Shown here: piece by piece, positions 8,871-17,050 of the stretch
Numbering within the stretch: the first letter of the stretch is position 1
Layout of the letters: every line of letters starts with the position of its first letter
From: Candidatus Bipolaricaulota bacterium
GTDB taxonomy: Bacteria; Bipolaricaulota; Bipolaricaulia; UBA7950; UBA9294
Direction: 5' to 3'
NCBI GenBank assembly: GCA_021159055.1
Contig: JAGGSO010000091.1
Coordinates: 1-44,299 of the forward strand
DNA length: 44,299 bases
The notes under the pieces: model-generated
Seen by the model: only the letters and a program-made list of their open reading frames with translations
Told to the model about the DNA's origin: nothing
Database searches by the model: none
Position numbers and translations under genes: made by a program

Positions 8871-10036
8871 CCCTGTTTGAACAGGCCGCCGAGCCGATCC
8901 ATCGCCTCGGCGATGCGAGCATCCGGGGCGGTGAGGGAGATGCGGACGTAGCCCTCGCCGCCCTCTCCGAAGAACGATCCCGGCGCGACCGACACCCCGG
9001 CCTCGTTCAAGAGTTTCGTGGCGAACCCCTCCGAGTCGTATCCCTCCGGTATCCGCGCCCACAGGTACAGGGTCGCCCGCGATGCCGGCACATCCCAGCC
9101 GAGCGCGGCGAGCCCGTCGAGCGCGATCTTTCGCCGCTCCTGGTAGATCCGGTTTCTGGCCTCGATCCAATCGTGTGGAACCGACAGGGCGCGGATCGCC
9201 GCCTCCTGCACCGGGAGGAAGATGCCGGAAACGACGTTCGATTCCACCCCGAACAGAGACTTCAGCACATCGCGGTTGCCTACTGCCATCCCCACCCGCC
9301 AGCCGGCCATGTTGTACGTCTTGGACAGGGAGTTGAATTCGACCGCCACCTCCTTCGCCCCCGGGACCTGCAACACGCTCGGCGGGGTGTAACCGTCGTA
9401 GGTCACCTCACAGTACGGGACGTCATGGCAGAGGAGGAGATCGTTCTCCCGGGCGAACTCGACCGCAGCGGTGAAGAACTCGAGGTCGGCGGTGCCGGCA
9501 GTCGGGTTGTTCGGGTAGTTGAGCCAGATCATCGTCGCCTCGTGCGCAATATCGGCCGGGATCGCATCGAGGTCAGGCAGGAAGCCGCGGTCCGGGAGGA
9601 GCGGGAACTTGTGGACGCGCGCCCCGGCGATGACCGCGCCCATCGTGTACGATGGATAGCCCGGATCGGGCACGAGGACGAGATCACCGGGGTCGAGGAG
9701 CGCGAGAGCGAGATGCACGATCCCCTCCTTGGATCCGAGCAGAGGGACGACCTCGGTCGTCGGGTCGAGCTCCACCCCGAACCGGCGCTCGTAGTAGGCG
9801 GCGATCCCCTCCCGCAGCGCGGGGAGACCGCGGTAGCCGGGATAGCCATGCGAGCTTGGATCGCGGGCGGACGAGCAGAGCGTTTCGATCACCGCATCCG
9901 GAGGAGGGAGGTCGGGGTTGCCGATGTCGAGCCGGATCACGTCGATCCCGGTGGCGCGGGCCGCGCGCACCTTCTCCCCCCAGCGGGCGAACGGATAGTC
10001 CGGCATGTTCGCGATGCGATCGGACTTAGTCTTCAT
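8867..10036 (-). CDS. Class I/II PLP aminotransferase (LL-diaminopimelate/aspartate aminotransferase-like)
   Basis: NPDLPPP, YPNNPTG-like YPNNPTAG and the PLP lysine motif SLSKTYNMAGWRVG. SD AAGGAGG lies upstream of ATG 10036. Confidence 0.8.
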   Translation of the reverse strand: MKTKSDRIANMPDYPFARWGEKVRAARATGIDVIRLDIGNPDLPPPDAVIETLCSSARDPSSHGYPGYRGLPALREGIAAYYERRFGVELDPTTEVVPLLGSKEGIVHLALALLDPGDLVLVPDPGYPSYTMGAVIAGARVHKFPLLPDRGFLPDLDAIPADIAHEATMIWLNYPNNPTAGTADLEFFTAAVEFARENDLLLCHDVPYCEVTYDGYTPPSVLQVPGAKEVAVEFNSLSKTYNMAGWRVGMAVGNRDVLKSLFGVESNVVSGIFLPVQEAAIRALSVPHDWIEARNRIYQERRKIALDGLAALGWDVPASRATLYLWARIPEGYDSEGFATKLLNEAGVSVAPGSFFGEGGEGYVRISLTAPDARIAEAMDRLGGLFKQG

Positions 10037-10118
10037 GGTTTCCTCCTTTTTTCGTACAGCATTTTATCGCATGCAGTCCCGGATCGCGTGCCGACAAAAT
10101 GGCAAATGTCCCAGGAAG

Positions 10119-10152
10119 TTAGCCAAAGGCGGCTATAGCCAATCTTGGCTAA
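10119..10152. repeat. 34-bp nested-dyad element, copy R1 (TTAGCCAAAGGCGGCTATAGCCAATCTTGGCTAA)
   Basis: 29/34 identical to copy R2 at 11323-11356 in the same orientation. It contains the stop codon of the AAA ATPase gene and lies 83 nt upstream of the aminotransferase start. Confidence 0.85.
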
Positions 10153-11306
10153 AGGTCGCGGATCCACCGCGCGAACACGATATCGACGATGCGATATGCA
10201 TTTTTCGTCTTTTCCACCACCATCGCCTCCCGGAGCCGGCCGAGGGAGGACGAGATGTCGGATGGTTTCGTTCCCAACTGATTGGCTATGTCCGTTACCC
10301 GCGCCGGAGCGAGGTGCGCCAGCGCCCGCAGGATCCGCCGCTGGAGCGGGCTGAAGCGGGAGAGCCACCGCACCTCGAACTCACCGTCCAGCTCAGCCAA
10401 CATCTGCCCGAACGCTGCCTCCACGCAGCGCGTGTCCACCCGCCCCGTGCGGGTGAGCAGTTCCCGTTGGAACAGGATTAGGCCCAGCTTCTGGAGATAG
10501 AACGGGATTCCATCAGTGAGGGAGTAGAGGTGCTCCAACGCCTCTTGGTCGGCGGTCAATCCGCCGGCGACGAATCGCTCACGCAGGAACTCCAGAGCCT
10601 CAGCGGGCGGCAAGGGTCCCAACCGGTATCGGGTCACCATCAGGTAGAGCGGTGCCTCCTCCCGCAGAAAGATCTCCTTGATCAGCCCGAGAGATGAGCC
10701 AGAGAAGAAGTAACGCACGTCCCCCGCCTGATCCATCTCCTTCTTCAACACGGAGAATATGTAACCGTCGAACTGTGCCACCTCCTGGAACTCGTCCAAC
10801 AGGAACACCACTCCCACCTGATGCTCCGCCGCCACCCGACTGGGAAACGAGAATGCGGCACGCACGAGCCCGTTTTTATCGATCTCCTGTTCGCGAAACT
10901 GCAGATACACCTTCCCCCACTCGCCGATTTCTCCCCCCAGCCCGTCCAAGGCGCGCATCGCCCGCATGATTCCTTCGGTGAACACGGTGCGAAACCGCGT
11001 CCAGATTCCCGTGAGCCGCCGTTTGCGTTCGAGTTCTTCGAGCAGAGCGCGAGTTATAAGTCGGTATACATCCTCCGGGCCGGCTATGTCACGGCAGTTG
11101 ACGTAGGGGACAAGGAGGGATCGTTCCGCGGCGAGTCGTTGGCGCAGGTTCAACAGGAGAGATGTCTTCCCGAATCGACGCGGAGCGAGGATGAGGAAAT
11201 GCTGATCCAAACTCCGGGCGGAACGCTCCAACACCTCCAGATCGTGCATCCGATCCGCGAAATATGGTGGCGCTACCAGTCCTCCCACCTTAAACGGCGG
11301 TTCCAT
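10149..11306 (-). CDS. AAA-type ATPase of the archaeal-ATPase family (Arch_ATPase/ATPase_2) with a C-terminal winged-helix (DUF234-like) domain
   Basis: Walker A APRRFGKTS and Walker B VVFLLDEFQ. The C-terminal segment LQRRILRALA...VTDIANQLGTKPSDISSSLGRLREAMVVEK looks like a wHTH. Family assigned from memory. Confidence 0.75.
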   Translation of the reverse strand: MEPPFKVGGLVAPPYFADRMHDLEVLERSARSLDQHFLILAPRRFGKTSLLLNLRQRLAAERSLLVPYVNCRDIAGPEDVYRLITRALLEELERKRRLTGIWTRFRTVFTEGIMRAMRALDGLGGEIGEWGKVYLQFREQEIDKNGLVRAAFSFPSRVAAEHQVGVVFLLDEFQEVAQFDGYIFSVLKKEMDQAGDVRYFFSGSSLGLIKEIFLREEAPLYLMVTRYRLGPLPPAEALEFLRERFVAGGLTADQEALEHLYSLTDGIPFYLQKLGLILFQRELLTRTGRVDTRCVEAAFGQMLAELDGEFEVRWLSRFSPLQRRILRALAHLAPARVTDIANQLGTKPSDISSSLGRLREAMVVEKTKNAYRIVDIVFARWIRDL

Positions 11307-11322
11307 GTCTCCCCCTCTTTTA

Positions 11323-11356
11323 TTAGCCAGATTTGGCTATAGCCAGTCTTGGCTAA
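11323..11356. repeat. 34-bp nested-dyad element, copy R2 (TTAGCCAGATTTGGCTATAGCCAGTCTTGGCTAA)
   Basis: Two tandem AGCCA-N4-TGGCT palindromes joined by AT. It sits between the predicted -10 and the SD of the AAA ATPase gene. Confidence 0.85.
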
Positions 11357-11384
11357 TTATTCCGAGGCAGGGCGATTATGTCAA
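11356..11384 (-). promoter_or_regulatory. Sigma70-type promoter of the AAA ATPase gene
   Basis: On the minus strand, TTGACA (11384-11379) - 17 nt - AATAAT (11361-11356). The -10 abuts repeat R2. Confidence 0.55.
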
Positions 11385-11394
11385 ACCGCCCGCC

Positions 11395-13158
11395 TCACTG
11401 GTGTCGATCGAATTTCCCGCCCGCCTCGCTCGTGAGGAACGATAGATCGGTGGGGCATACAGCTACCATGCTGTTCCCGTCCGGATCGTCCGGACCGGGG
11501 ATCACGTTGCTGTGGCCGGTAACACGCCCCTGGAAGTGTTGGTCGGTGTCGGTGCACGCTGGATCGAACAACGCGATTCCCTGATCGTTGCGTTTGATCT
11601 CGTTTCCGACCAACGTGGCCTGTGAGCTGTCGGCGAGGACGAATCCCGCGCCGTTATCCGCGACGGTAGAGCCGTTGATATCGACCGTGGAGTCGTCCCA
11701 ACACACGACGCCGATTTCGTTCTTCGTGATATTGCACCCCTTGATCGTGGCACGAGCACTCTTCGACAGGGCCACTCCGTACTCGTTCGCCTGCAGGGTG
11801 CAGGACTCGATCGTCGCGTTGGCGCTGTTCTGCATCAGGATTCCGGGGAGTTGATGGTTGATCACGGTGCAGCCGCGGATCGTCGCGACGGTCTCATCCC
11901 ACAGTTCGATCCCACCCCGTGCATTCTTGGAGACGGTGGTGTTGCTGATGGTCGCTCGAGCCCTGTTCCACAGGACGATCCCCCCGTTACTCCCCGTGAC
12001 GGTGCATCCGTCGATGACGACGTGCGCGTCCTGGCCGAGCTCGATTCCGTCTCCCTCCCCTCCGGAGATCATGCAGTCTCTGATCTCCAGTTCACTGGTC
12101 CCGGAAGCGGAAATGGTCCCGTTCACGGTCAGTCCCGCCAGTACGACGCGCACTGAGCCCGCGGCGGTCGCGGTGCCGATCTTGATCGCCGGGCCGTAGT
12201 CGACTTGGTGTAGGGTGACGGCGGTGGACTCCGGCTTGTGCACTATCTCCACGGGATAGGGGAGAACACCGGATTGCAGCACCGCGGCGATTCGGGTTGC
12301 CTCGTCCTTGGTGAAGTTCCCTGCGATTGTGACCGCGTTCTGCACCGTCTGCCAGCCCTGGGCGGCGGCGTCTTTGATCGACTGGGTGATTCTGGGGGCG
12401 GTATAAATGATACCGTCGAGAACGATCGCCAACTTGTCGTCCACCTTGAGATCGGCGAGTACCTGGACAAACCGCTTTGCCCCCGCTTCGCTCAGCGAGA
12501 TGGCGATGTACGGCTTGCCCTCTCCGATGGGTGGCTCCGATATCTGCGCCCGCGCTCCCGCGATATCGGCTCCGGTGAGGAGAGCTTCGCCCACCAGGTA
12601 GTAGAGAGACTTATCCCTATTGGGAAGGACCTCTTCGCCCGCTCCTTGCTCTTTTTTCAGCTCGGCAGGATCGGTGGCAGTTGCCACCACCCTGCGAAAC
12701 TCGAGCCTCCCGGAACGGCTGAGGAGGTCGATCACTTGCTCCTGATCGACGGCAAGGGGGAGAGTAACACTCACCTGATCTGTGCCCGTCGCTGTGACCT
12801 CGACGCCGGTTATCCCGTAGAGCGCAGCTCGGTCCTGAAACGCCTGGATGACGCGCTCCACTGCCGCGGCACGCTCGCCCTCGGGAAGGGTGTCTATTCC
12901 CAGAACGCGGAACACCAAAACACGTTCCGCCGTGGCAGGTCCGGATGCGCTGCGTAGAGTGATGCTCTTGTTGATGGTGAGGTTCTCGTGCCAGGTCCCT
13001 GGAGGAAGGCAGATCACCGCTCCGTCCGGTGCCCGATCGATCACCGACTGGATCGACTCACCCGGGTTGACCGTGATCGTACCGGTGCTCTGCCCCCATC
13101 CCGTAACCGTACTGAGCGAAAGCGCAACCAGAGCCGCTATTGCCACCCACCGCCTCAT
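11395..13158 (-). CDS. Secreted right-handed parallel beta-helix (PbH1/NosD-like) protein with an inserted SecD P1 (periplasmic head/base)-like domain
   Basis: Signal peptide MRRWVAIAALVALSLSTVTGWG and a NosD-like cap ITVNPGESIQSVIDRAPDGAVICLPPGTWHENLTINKSITLR. Residues ~80-310 then resemble SecD P1 (GRLEFRRV; LAIVLDGIIYTAPRI; IAGNFTKDEATRIAAVLQSGVLPYPVEIV). After that come about 10 PbH1-type turns (GIELW..., ATI.GC.I..N). Confidence 0.7.
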   Translation of the reverse strand: MRRWVAIAALVALSLSTVTGWGQSTGTITVNPGESIQSVIDRAPDGAVICLPPGTWHENLTINKSITLRSASGPATAERVLVFRVLGIDTLPEGERAAAVERVIQAFQDRAALYGITGVEVTATGTDQVSVTLPLAVDQEQVIDLLSRSGRLEFRRVVATATDPAELKKEQGAGEEVLPNRDKSLYYLVGEALLTGADIAGARAQISEPPIGEGKPYIAISLSEAGAKRFVQVLADLKVDDKLAIVLDGIIYTAPRITQSIKDAAAQGWQTVQNAVTIAGNFTKDEATRIAAVLQSGVLPYPVEIVHKPESTAVTLHQVDYGPAIKIGTATAAGSVRVVLAGLTVNGTISASGTSELEIRDCMISGGEGDGIELGQDAHVVIDGCTVTGSNGGIVLWNRARATISNTTVSKNARGGIELWDETVATIRGCTVINHQLPGILMQNSANATIESCTLQANEYGVALSKSARATIKGCNITKNEIGVVCWDDSTVDINGSTVADNGAGFVLADSSQATLVGNEIKRNDQGIALFDPACTDTDQHFQGRVTGHSNVIPGPDDPDGNSMVAVCPTDLSFLTSEAGGKFDRHQ

Positions 13159-13196
13159 AGCAGTTCCCTCCTTTCATAACACGCACGTTTTCCGGT

Positions 13197-13226
13197 ACGA
13201 TACAGAATGCGGCGTTCCTGCGTCAA
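13197..13226 (-). promoter_or_regulatory. Possible promoter of the beta-helix gene
   Basis: On the minus strand, TTGACG (13226-13221) - 18 nt - TATCGT (13202-13197). SD AAAGGAGGG follows before ATG 13158. Confidence 0.4.
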
Positions 13227-13264
13227 CCCCCACCGACTGCGTGCCATGGATAGCGCTCTCTCAG

Positions 13265-13531
13265 CTAACGATAGGTGTTATCAGTACGCGGGAGGATCGC
13301 TGCGATATCGATGCGGTGTGCCGATGCATCGACTGAGAAGATGATGCGATAGCGGCCAACCCGTTTTCTCAACGTCCCTTTGAATTTGCCGCTCTTTATC
13401 GGACGGACGTCCCCCTGCATCGGGTCTTCCGTCAACTCCTCGATTGCCCGGGCGAGTTGTCGGCGTCGGTCATGCGGCAGGCGACGCAACTGTTTGGCCG
13501 CCTCATTGGCGAGATTACAGGTCCAACTCAC
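13265..13531 (-). CDS. RelE/ParE-family type II toxin
   Basis: 88 aa. AKQLRRLP...IEELTEDP...GDVRPIKSGKFKGTLRKRVGRYRIIFSVD...IDIAAILPR is typical of RelE/ParE. GTG start overlaps the antitoxin gene by 17 nt. Confidence 0.8.
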   Translation of the reverse strand: MSWTCNLANEAAKQLRRLPHDRRRQLARAIEELTEDPMQGDVRPIKSGKFKGTLRKRVGRYRIIFSVDASAHRIDIAAILPRTDNTYR

Positions 13532-13772
13532 GCTTCAGTTCTTCCCAAGCGGTATATTCGCCGCGTTTGAGTTGCTCGAACCCCTTCGTCACCAGCGCCT
13601 CTTCCTCCGGACTCAAGGTATCCTCGAGCGGGACGAGGCGCTTCGGTCTGATGACGATGTTGTTGTCCTCCACGCAGACTTCTACGTAGTCGCCCTCCCT
13701 GAGCCCGAGTTCATCGAAGATGGCCTTGGGGATGGTCAGTTGGCGATTCATGCGAATTTTCATGACCGTCAT
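13515..13772 (-). CDS. AbrB/MazE/SpoVT-fold antitoxin
   Basis: MKIRMNRQLTIPKAIFDELGLREGDYVEVCVEDNNIVIRP is a SpoVT/AbrB swapped-hairpin motif. Start chosen at ATG 13772 because GGGAGG lies 6 nt upstream. Confidence 0.8.
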   Translation of the reverse strand: MTVMKIRMNRQLTIPKAIFDELGLREGDYVEVCVEDNNIVIRPKRLVPLEDTLSPEEEALVTKGFEQLKRGEYTAWEELKRELDL

Positions 13773-13808
13773 CTTTTTCCTCCCGACTTCGCACACTAGT
13801 AAATTAAC

Positions 13809-13836
13809 ATTTTATTATTTTGTCGGCGAACGTCAA
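13809..13836 (-). promoter_or_regulatory. Promoter of the toxin-antitoxin pair
   Basis: On the minus strand, TTGACG (13836-13831) - 16 nt - TAAAAT (13814-13809), in the only AT-rich stretch of this region. Confidence 0.5.
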
Positions 13837-13891
13837 CTATGCACCCAGTATAAATTGCATGCGCCGCCGGATGCACAATGGCGAAACGCCA

Positions 13892-14329
13892 TCAATCAGC
13901 GGCAAGAAACCGCATCAGCCCGGCCAGCCCGAGGATGTAGCTGTGCGGTCCGAACCCGGAGATCTGGCCGACGCAGACAGGGGCGATGAGCGATCTGCGG
14001 CGGAACTCCTCGCGGGCATGGATGTTCGACAGGTGCACCTCCACCGTCGGGATCCCGACCGCGGCGATTGCGTCACGCAGCGCGACGCTCGTGTGGGTGT
14101 AGCCGCCGGGGTTGATCACGATCCCGTCCGCCCAGCCGCGCGCGGCGTGGATCGCGTCGATCAGCGCCCCTTCGTGGTTCGATTGCATGATCCGAAGCTC
14201 GAGGCCGTGTTCGCGCGCGTACCCACGGAGCGCTTCGTCAATCTCTTCCAACGTCGTCTTCCCGTACACCTCGGGCTCGCGCGTCCCGAGCAGGTTCAGG
14301 TTGGGGCCATGCAGGATCAGGATGTTCAT
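13892..14329 (-). CDS. aroQ: 3-dehydroquinate dehydratase, type II
   Basis: [23 protein letters not shown] and [12 protein letters not shown] motifs. The start is either ATG 14329 or GTG 14338; the GTG overlaps the aroKB stop as GTGA. Confidence 0.9.
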   Translation of the reverse strand: MNILILHGPNLNLLGTREPEVYGKTTLEEIDEALRGYAREHGLELRIMQSNHEGALIDAIHAARGWADGIVINPGGYTHTSVALRDAIAAVGIPTVEVHLSNIHAREEFRRRSLIAPVCVGQISGFGPHSYILGLAGLMRFLAAD

Positions 14330-14334
14330 CGTCG

Positions 14335-15918
14335 TCACCTCGCTTTCATCTCATCAAGGACGGTCCGGATCACCGCTGGTGGAACATCGTCCACGATCTC
14401 CACCGCCCCGATCCTCCGGGGGAGGATGAACCGCAGCCGCCCGTGCCGCTTCTTCTTGTCGTGCGCCATCGCCGCGATCACCCGATCCGGGGGGAACTCG
14501 GGAACGCGGATCGGGAGCCCCCAGGCGGAGAGGATGTTCTCGATCCGATCGACGAGCCCAGGCTCCGCCAGCTTGAGCTGCACCGCGATCCGCGCCGCCG
14601 CGACCATGCCAATCGCAACCGCCCTCCCGTGGGACAGCTCGAACCCGCTCAGCCGCTCCAGGGCGTGGCCGACGGTATGGCCGAGGTTGAGGACCGCGCG
14701 GGGTCCCTGCTCGTACGGGTCCTGCTCTACAATCTCGATCTTGACCCGCAGGGCGCGGCCGATCCCCGCGGCAGGGATCGGCCGCGGGGCCGGGTCGCGC
14801 TCCAGCGCGGCGAACAGGTCCGGGGCGCCGATGATTCCGTGCTTGATCATCTCCGCGATCCCGTTTGCGAGCTCATCGGCGGGGAGGGTGGAAAGCGCGT
14901 TCGGATCGATCAGGACGAGCGCTGGCTGATTGAACGCGCCGACGAGGTTCTTCCCCTGATCGAGGTCGACCCCGGTCTTCCCCCCCACGCTGGCGTCGAC
15001 CATCGCCAGGAGCGTCGTCGGGACCTGGACGAACCGCACCCCGCGCATGAACGTGGCCGCGGCGAACCCGGCGATGTCCCCGGTCACCCCGCCGCCGAGG
15101 GAGACGACCGTCCCGCTCCGGTCGAGCCCGCCAGCAAGGAACAGCTCGTACAGGCGCTCCACCGTGTCCAGTCGCTTGTGGGCTTCCCCATCCGGGATGA
15201 CACAGGCGAACGGGGCGAACCCGGCATCCCGCAGCGCCTCCTCCACCCGGGCCCCGTAGAGCGGCGCGACGACCGTGTTGGTGACGATGGCGACCCGGCC
15301 GGCCGCCCCGACCTCCTCCCGCAGGAGTGTGCCCAATCGGTCGAGCAGCCCGGCGCCGATCCGGATCGGATAGCTTCCCCCGGGGTAGTGGACGGTAAGG
15401 GCGATCTCCGCGGCGATCGCAATCACCCGCCGTGCCACCTCATCGATCGATAATCCGGTCGTGTCGACCCGCCACGGGAACGACGCGTAAGCGGCGCGGC
15501 GCGCCTCCAGCAGCCGATCGACCGCCGCCCCCGGGTCGTCCCCCAACAGCGGCCGGGCCGAAGTGTCCGTCTCACTCAACCGGCGTACGATCTCGTCCCG
15601 GCTCGCCGTGAGGCAGACCACGATGCCGGACTTCATCATCTGCGCACGGTTCTCCGGGTCGACGAGCGCCCCGCCTCCGGTCGCGATCACCAGTCCGTCC
15701 CGGGCGCTCAGCTCGCGGCACAGGGCCCGCTCCATGCGGCGGAACGCCTCCTCCCCGTCCTCGGCGAAGATGCGGGGGATCGGCTTTCCCGCGCGGGCCG
15801 CGATCAACTCATCCATATCGACGAACTCCCGCCCGAGGAGGCGCCCGACCGCACGCCCGACCGCGCTTTTTCCCGTGCCCATGAACCCGGTGAGGACGAT
15901 GTTGCGCCGGTTACTCAT
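14335..15918 (-). CDS. aroKB: Bifunctional shikimate kinase / 3-dehydroquinate synthase
   Basis: An N-terminal shikimate kinase ([13 protein letters not shown]) is fused in a single ORF to a full-length DHQ synthase ([43 protein letters not shown]). Confidence 0.9.
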   Translation of the reverse strand: MSNRRNIVLTGFMGTGKSAVGRAVGRLLGREFVDMDELIAARAGKPIPRIFAEDGEEAFRRMERALCRELSARDGLVIATGGGALVDPENRAQMMKSGIVVCLTASRDEIVRRLSETDTSARPLLGDDPGAAVDRLLEARRAAYASFPWRVDTTGLSIDEVARRVIAIAAEIALTVHYPGGSYPIRIGAGLLDRLGTLLREEVGAAGRVAIVTNTVVAPLYGARVEEALRDAGFAPFACVIPDGEAHKRLDTVERLYELFLAGGLDRSGTVVSLGGGVTGDIAGFAAATFMRGVRFVQVPTTLLAMVDASVGGKTGVDLDQGKNLVGAFNQPALVLIDPNALSTLPADELANGIAEMIKHGIIGAPDLFAALERDPAPRPIPAAGIGRALRVKIEIVEQDPYEQGPRAVLNLGHTVGHALERLSGFELSHGRAVAIGMVAAARIAVQLKLAEPGLVDRIENILSAWGLPIRVPEFPPDRVIAAMAHDKKKRHGRLRFILPRRIGAVEIVDDVPPAVIRTVLDEMKAR

Positions 15919-17050
15919 CCCGTGCTCCCTCCCAATGGGCCTTCATCTCCGCCAAGCTGTCCCCGCCGAACTTCTCCAGGAGCGCATCGGCGAGGACGAA
16001 CGCGACCATCGCCTCCCCCACCACCGCCGCCGCCGGGACCACGCACACGTCGGAGCGCTGGTACTCGGTGCGCGCTGCCGCACCGGTCGCCAGGTCGACC
16101 GAGCGCAGCGGCGAGAGTGTGGTCGGGATCGGCTTCACCGCCGCCCGGACCACGATCGGGGCACCGTTTGACATCCCGCCCTCGATCCCTCCAGCACGAT
16201 TTGTAACGCGCGTTACATTGCCCTCTTCATCCGGGAAGAGCTCATCGTGCACCTCGCGCCCTGATCTGGCTGCATTTTCAAACGCGCTTCCAATTTCAAT
16301 TCCCTTTACCGCGGGGATCGAGACGAGCGCCCGCGCGAGCCGCGCGTCGAGTCGGCGGTCCCACTGGACATGGCTTCCCAGTCCGACCGGGACGCCGGTG
16401 GCGATGACCGTGAACACACCGCCGAGGGTGTCTCCGGCCGCCCGCGCGGCGTCGATCGCCGCCCGCATCTGAGCCGCTGCGTTCGCGTCCGGGCAGCGCA
16501 CGTCGCTCCCTTCTGCCCGCTCCCACAGCTCCTCCACCGGCAGATCGGGGATCGCGGCGGTCACGGCTCCGATCCGCTCGACGTAACTTCCGATCTTTAT
16601 TTCGAACTGCGAGAGAAGCTGCTTAGCTAATGATCCAACTGCCACCCGCATCGCCGTCTCGCGGGCGCTCGCCCGCTCCAGGATCGGTCTGGCATCAGAA
16701 AGCCCGTACTTGACCATCCCGGCGTAGTCGGCGTGCCCGGGCCGGGGGACGGTGAGCTTCGGAAGGTCGTTCTCTTGCCAGCGGTCACGCCAGTTCTCCC
16801 AATCGCGGTTCTCGATCCGCAGCCCCACCGGGGCGCCGGTGGTCACCCCCGCGATCACTCCGGACAGGATCTCGACGCGGTCGCGCTCGATCCGCATCCT
16901 ACCGCCGCGGCCGTATCCGCCCTGGCGGCGGGCAAGCTCGCGGTCGATCGCCTCCGCATCAATCGCCAACCCGGCGGGAATCCCGTCCACGATCGCGATC
17001 AGACACGGACCGTGCGATTCTCCGGCGGTGAGAAACCGCAGTCGCGTCAT
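15911..17050 (-). CDS. aroC: Chorismate synthase
   Basis: MTRLRFLTAGESHGP matches the family N-terminus. ATG 17050 overlaps the aroE stop (ATGA). The longer track ORF to 17293 is a G/P/R-rich extension with no similarity. Confidence 0.9.
   Translation of the reverse strand: MTRLRFLTAGESHGPCLIAIVDGIPAGLAIDAEAIDRELARRQGGYGRGGRMRIERDRVEILSGVIAGVTTGAPVGLRIENRDWENWRDRWQENDLPKLTVPRPGHADYAGMVKYGLSDARPILERASARETAMRVAVGSLAKQLLSQFEIKIGSYVERIGAVTAAIPDLPVEELWERAEGSDVRCPDANAAAQMRAAIDAARAAGDTLGGVFTVIATGVPVGLGSHVQWDRRLDARLARALVSIPAVKGIEIGSAFENAARSGREVHDELFPDEEGNVTRVTNRAGGIEGGMSNGAPIVVRAAVKPIPTTLSPLRSVDLATGAAARTEYQRSDVCVVPAAAVVGEAMVAFVLADALLEKFGGDSLAEMKAHWEGARDE

Noticed and set aside
13820-14929. 369-aa plus-strand ORF opposite aroQ/aroKB, and similar long antisense ORFs (e.g. 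7536-8735, 9173-10138, 20142-21101, 42783-44009)
   Set aside because: All of them mirror well-supported genes on the other strand. They have Arg/Pro/Gly-rich composition and no SD or motif support.
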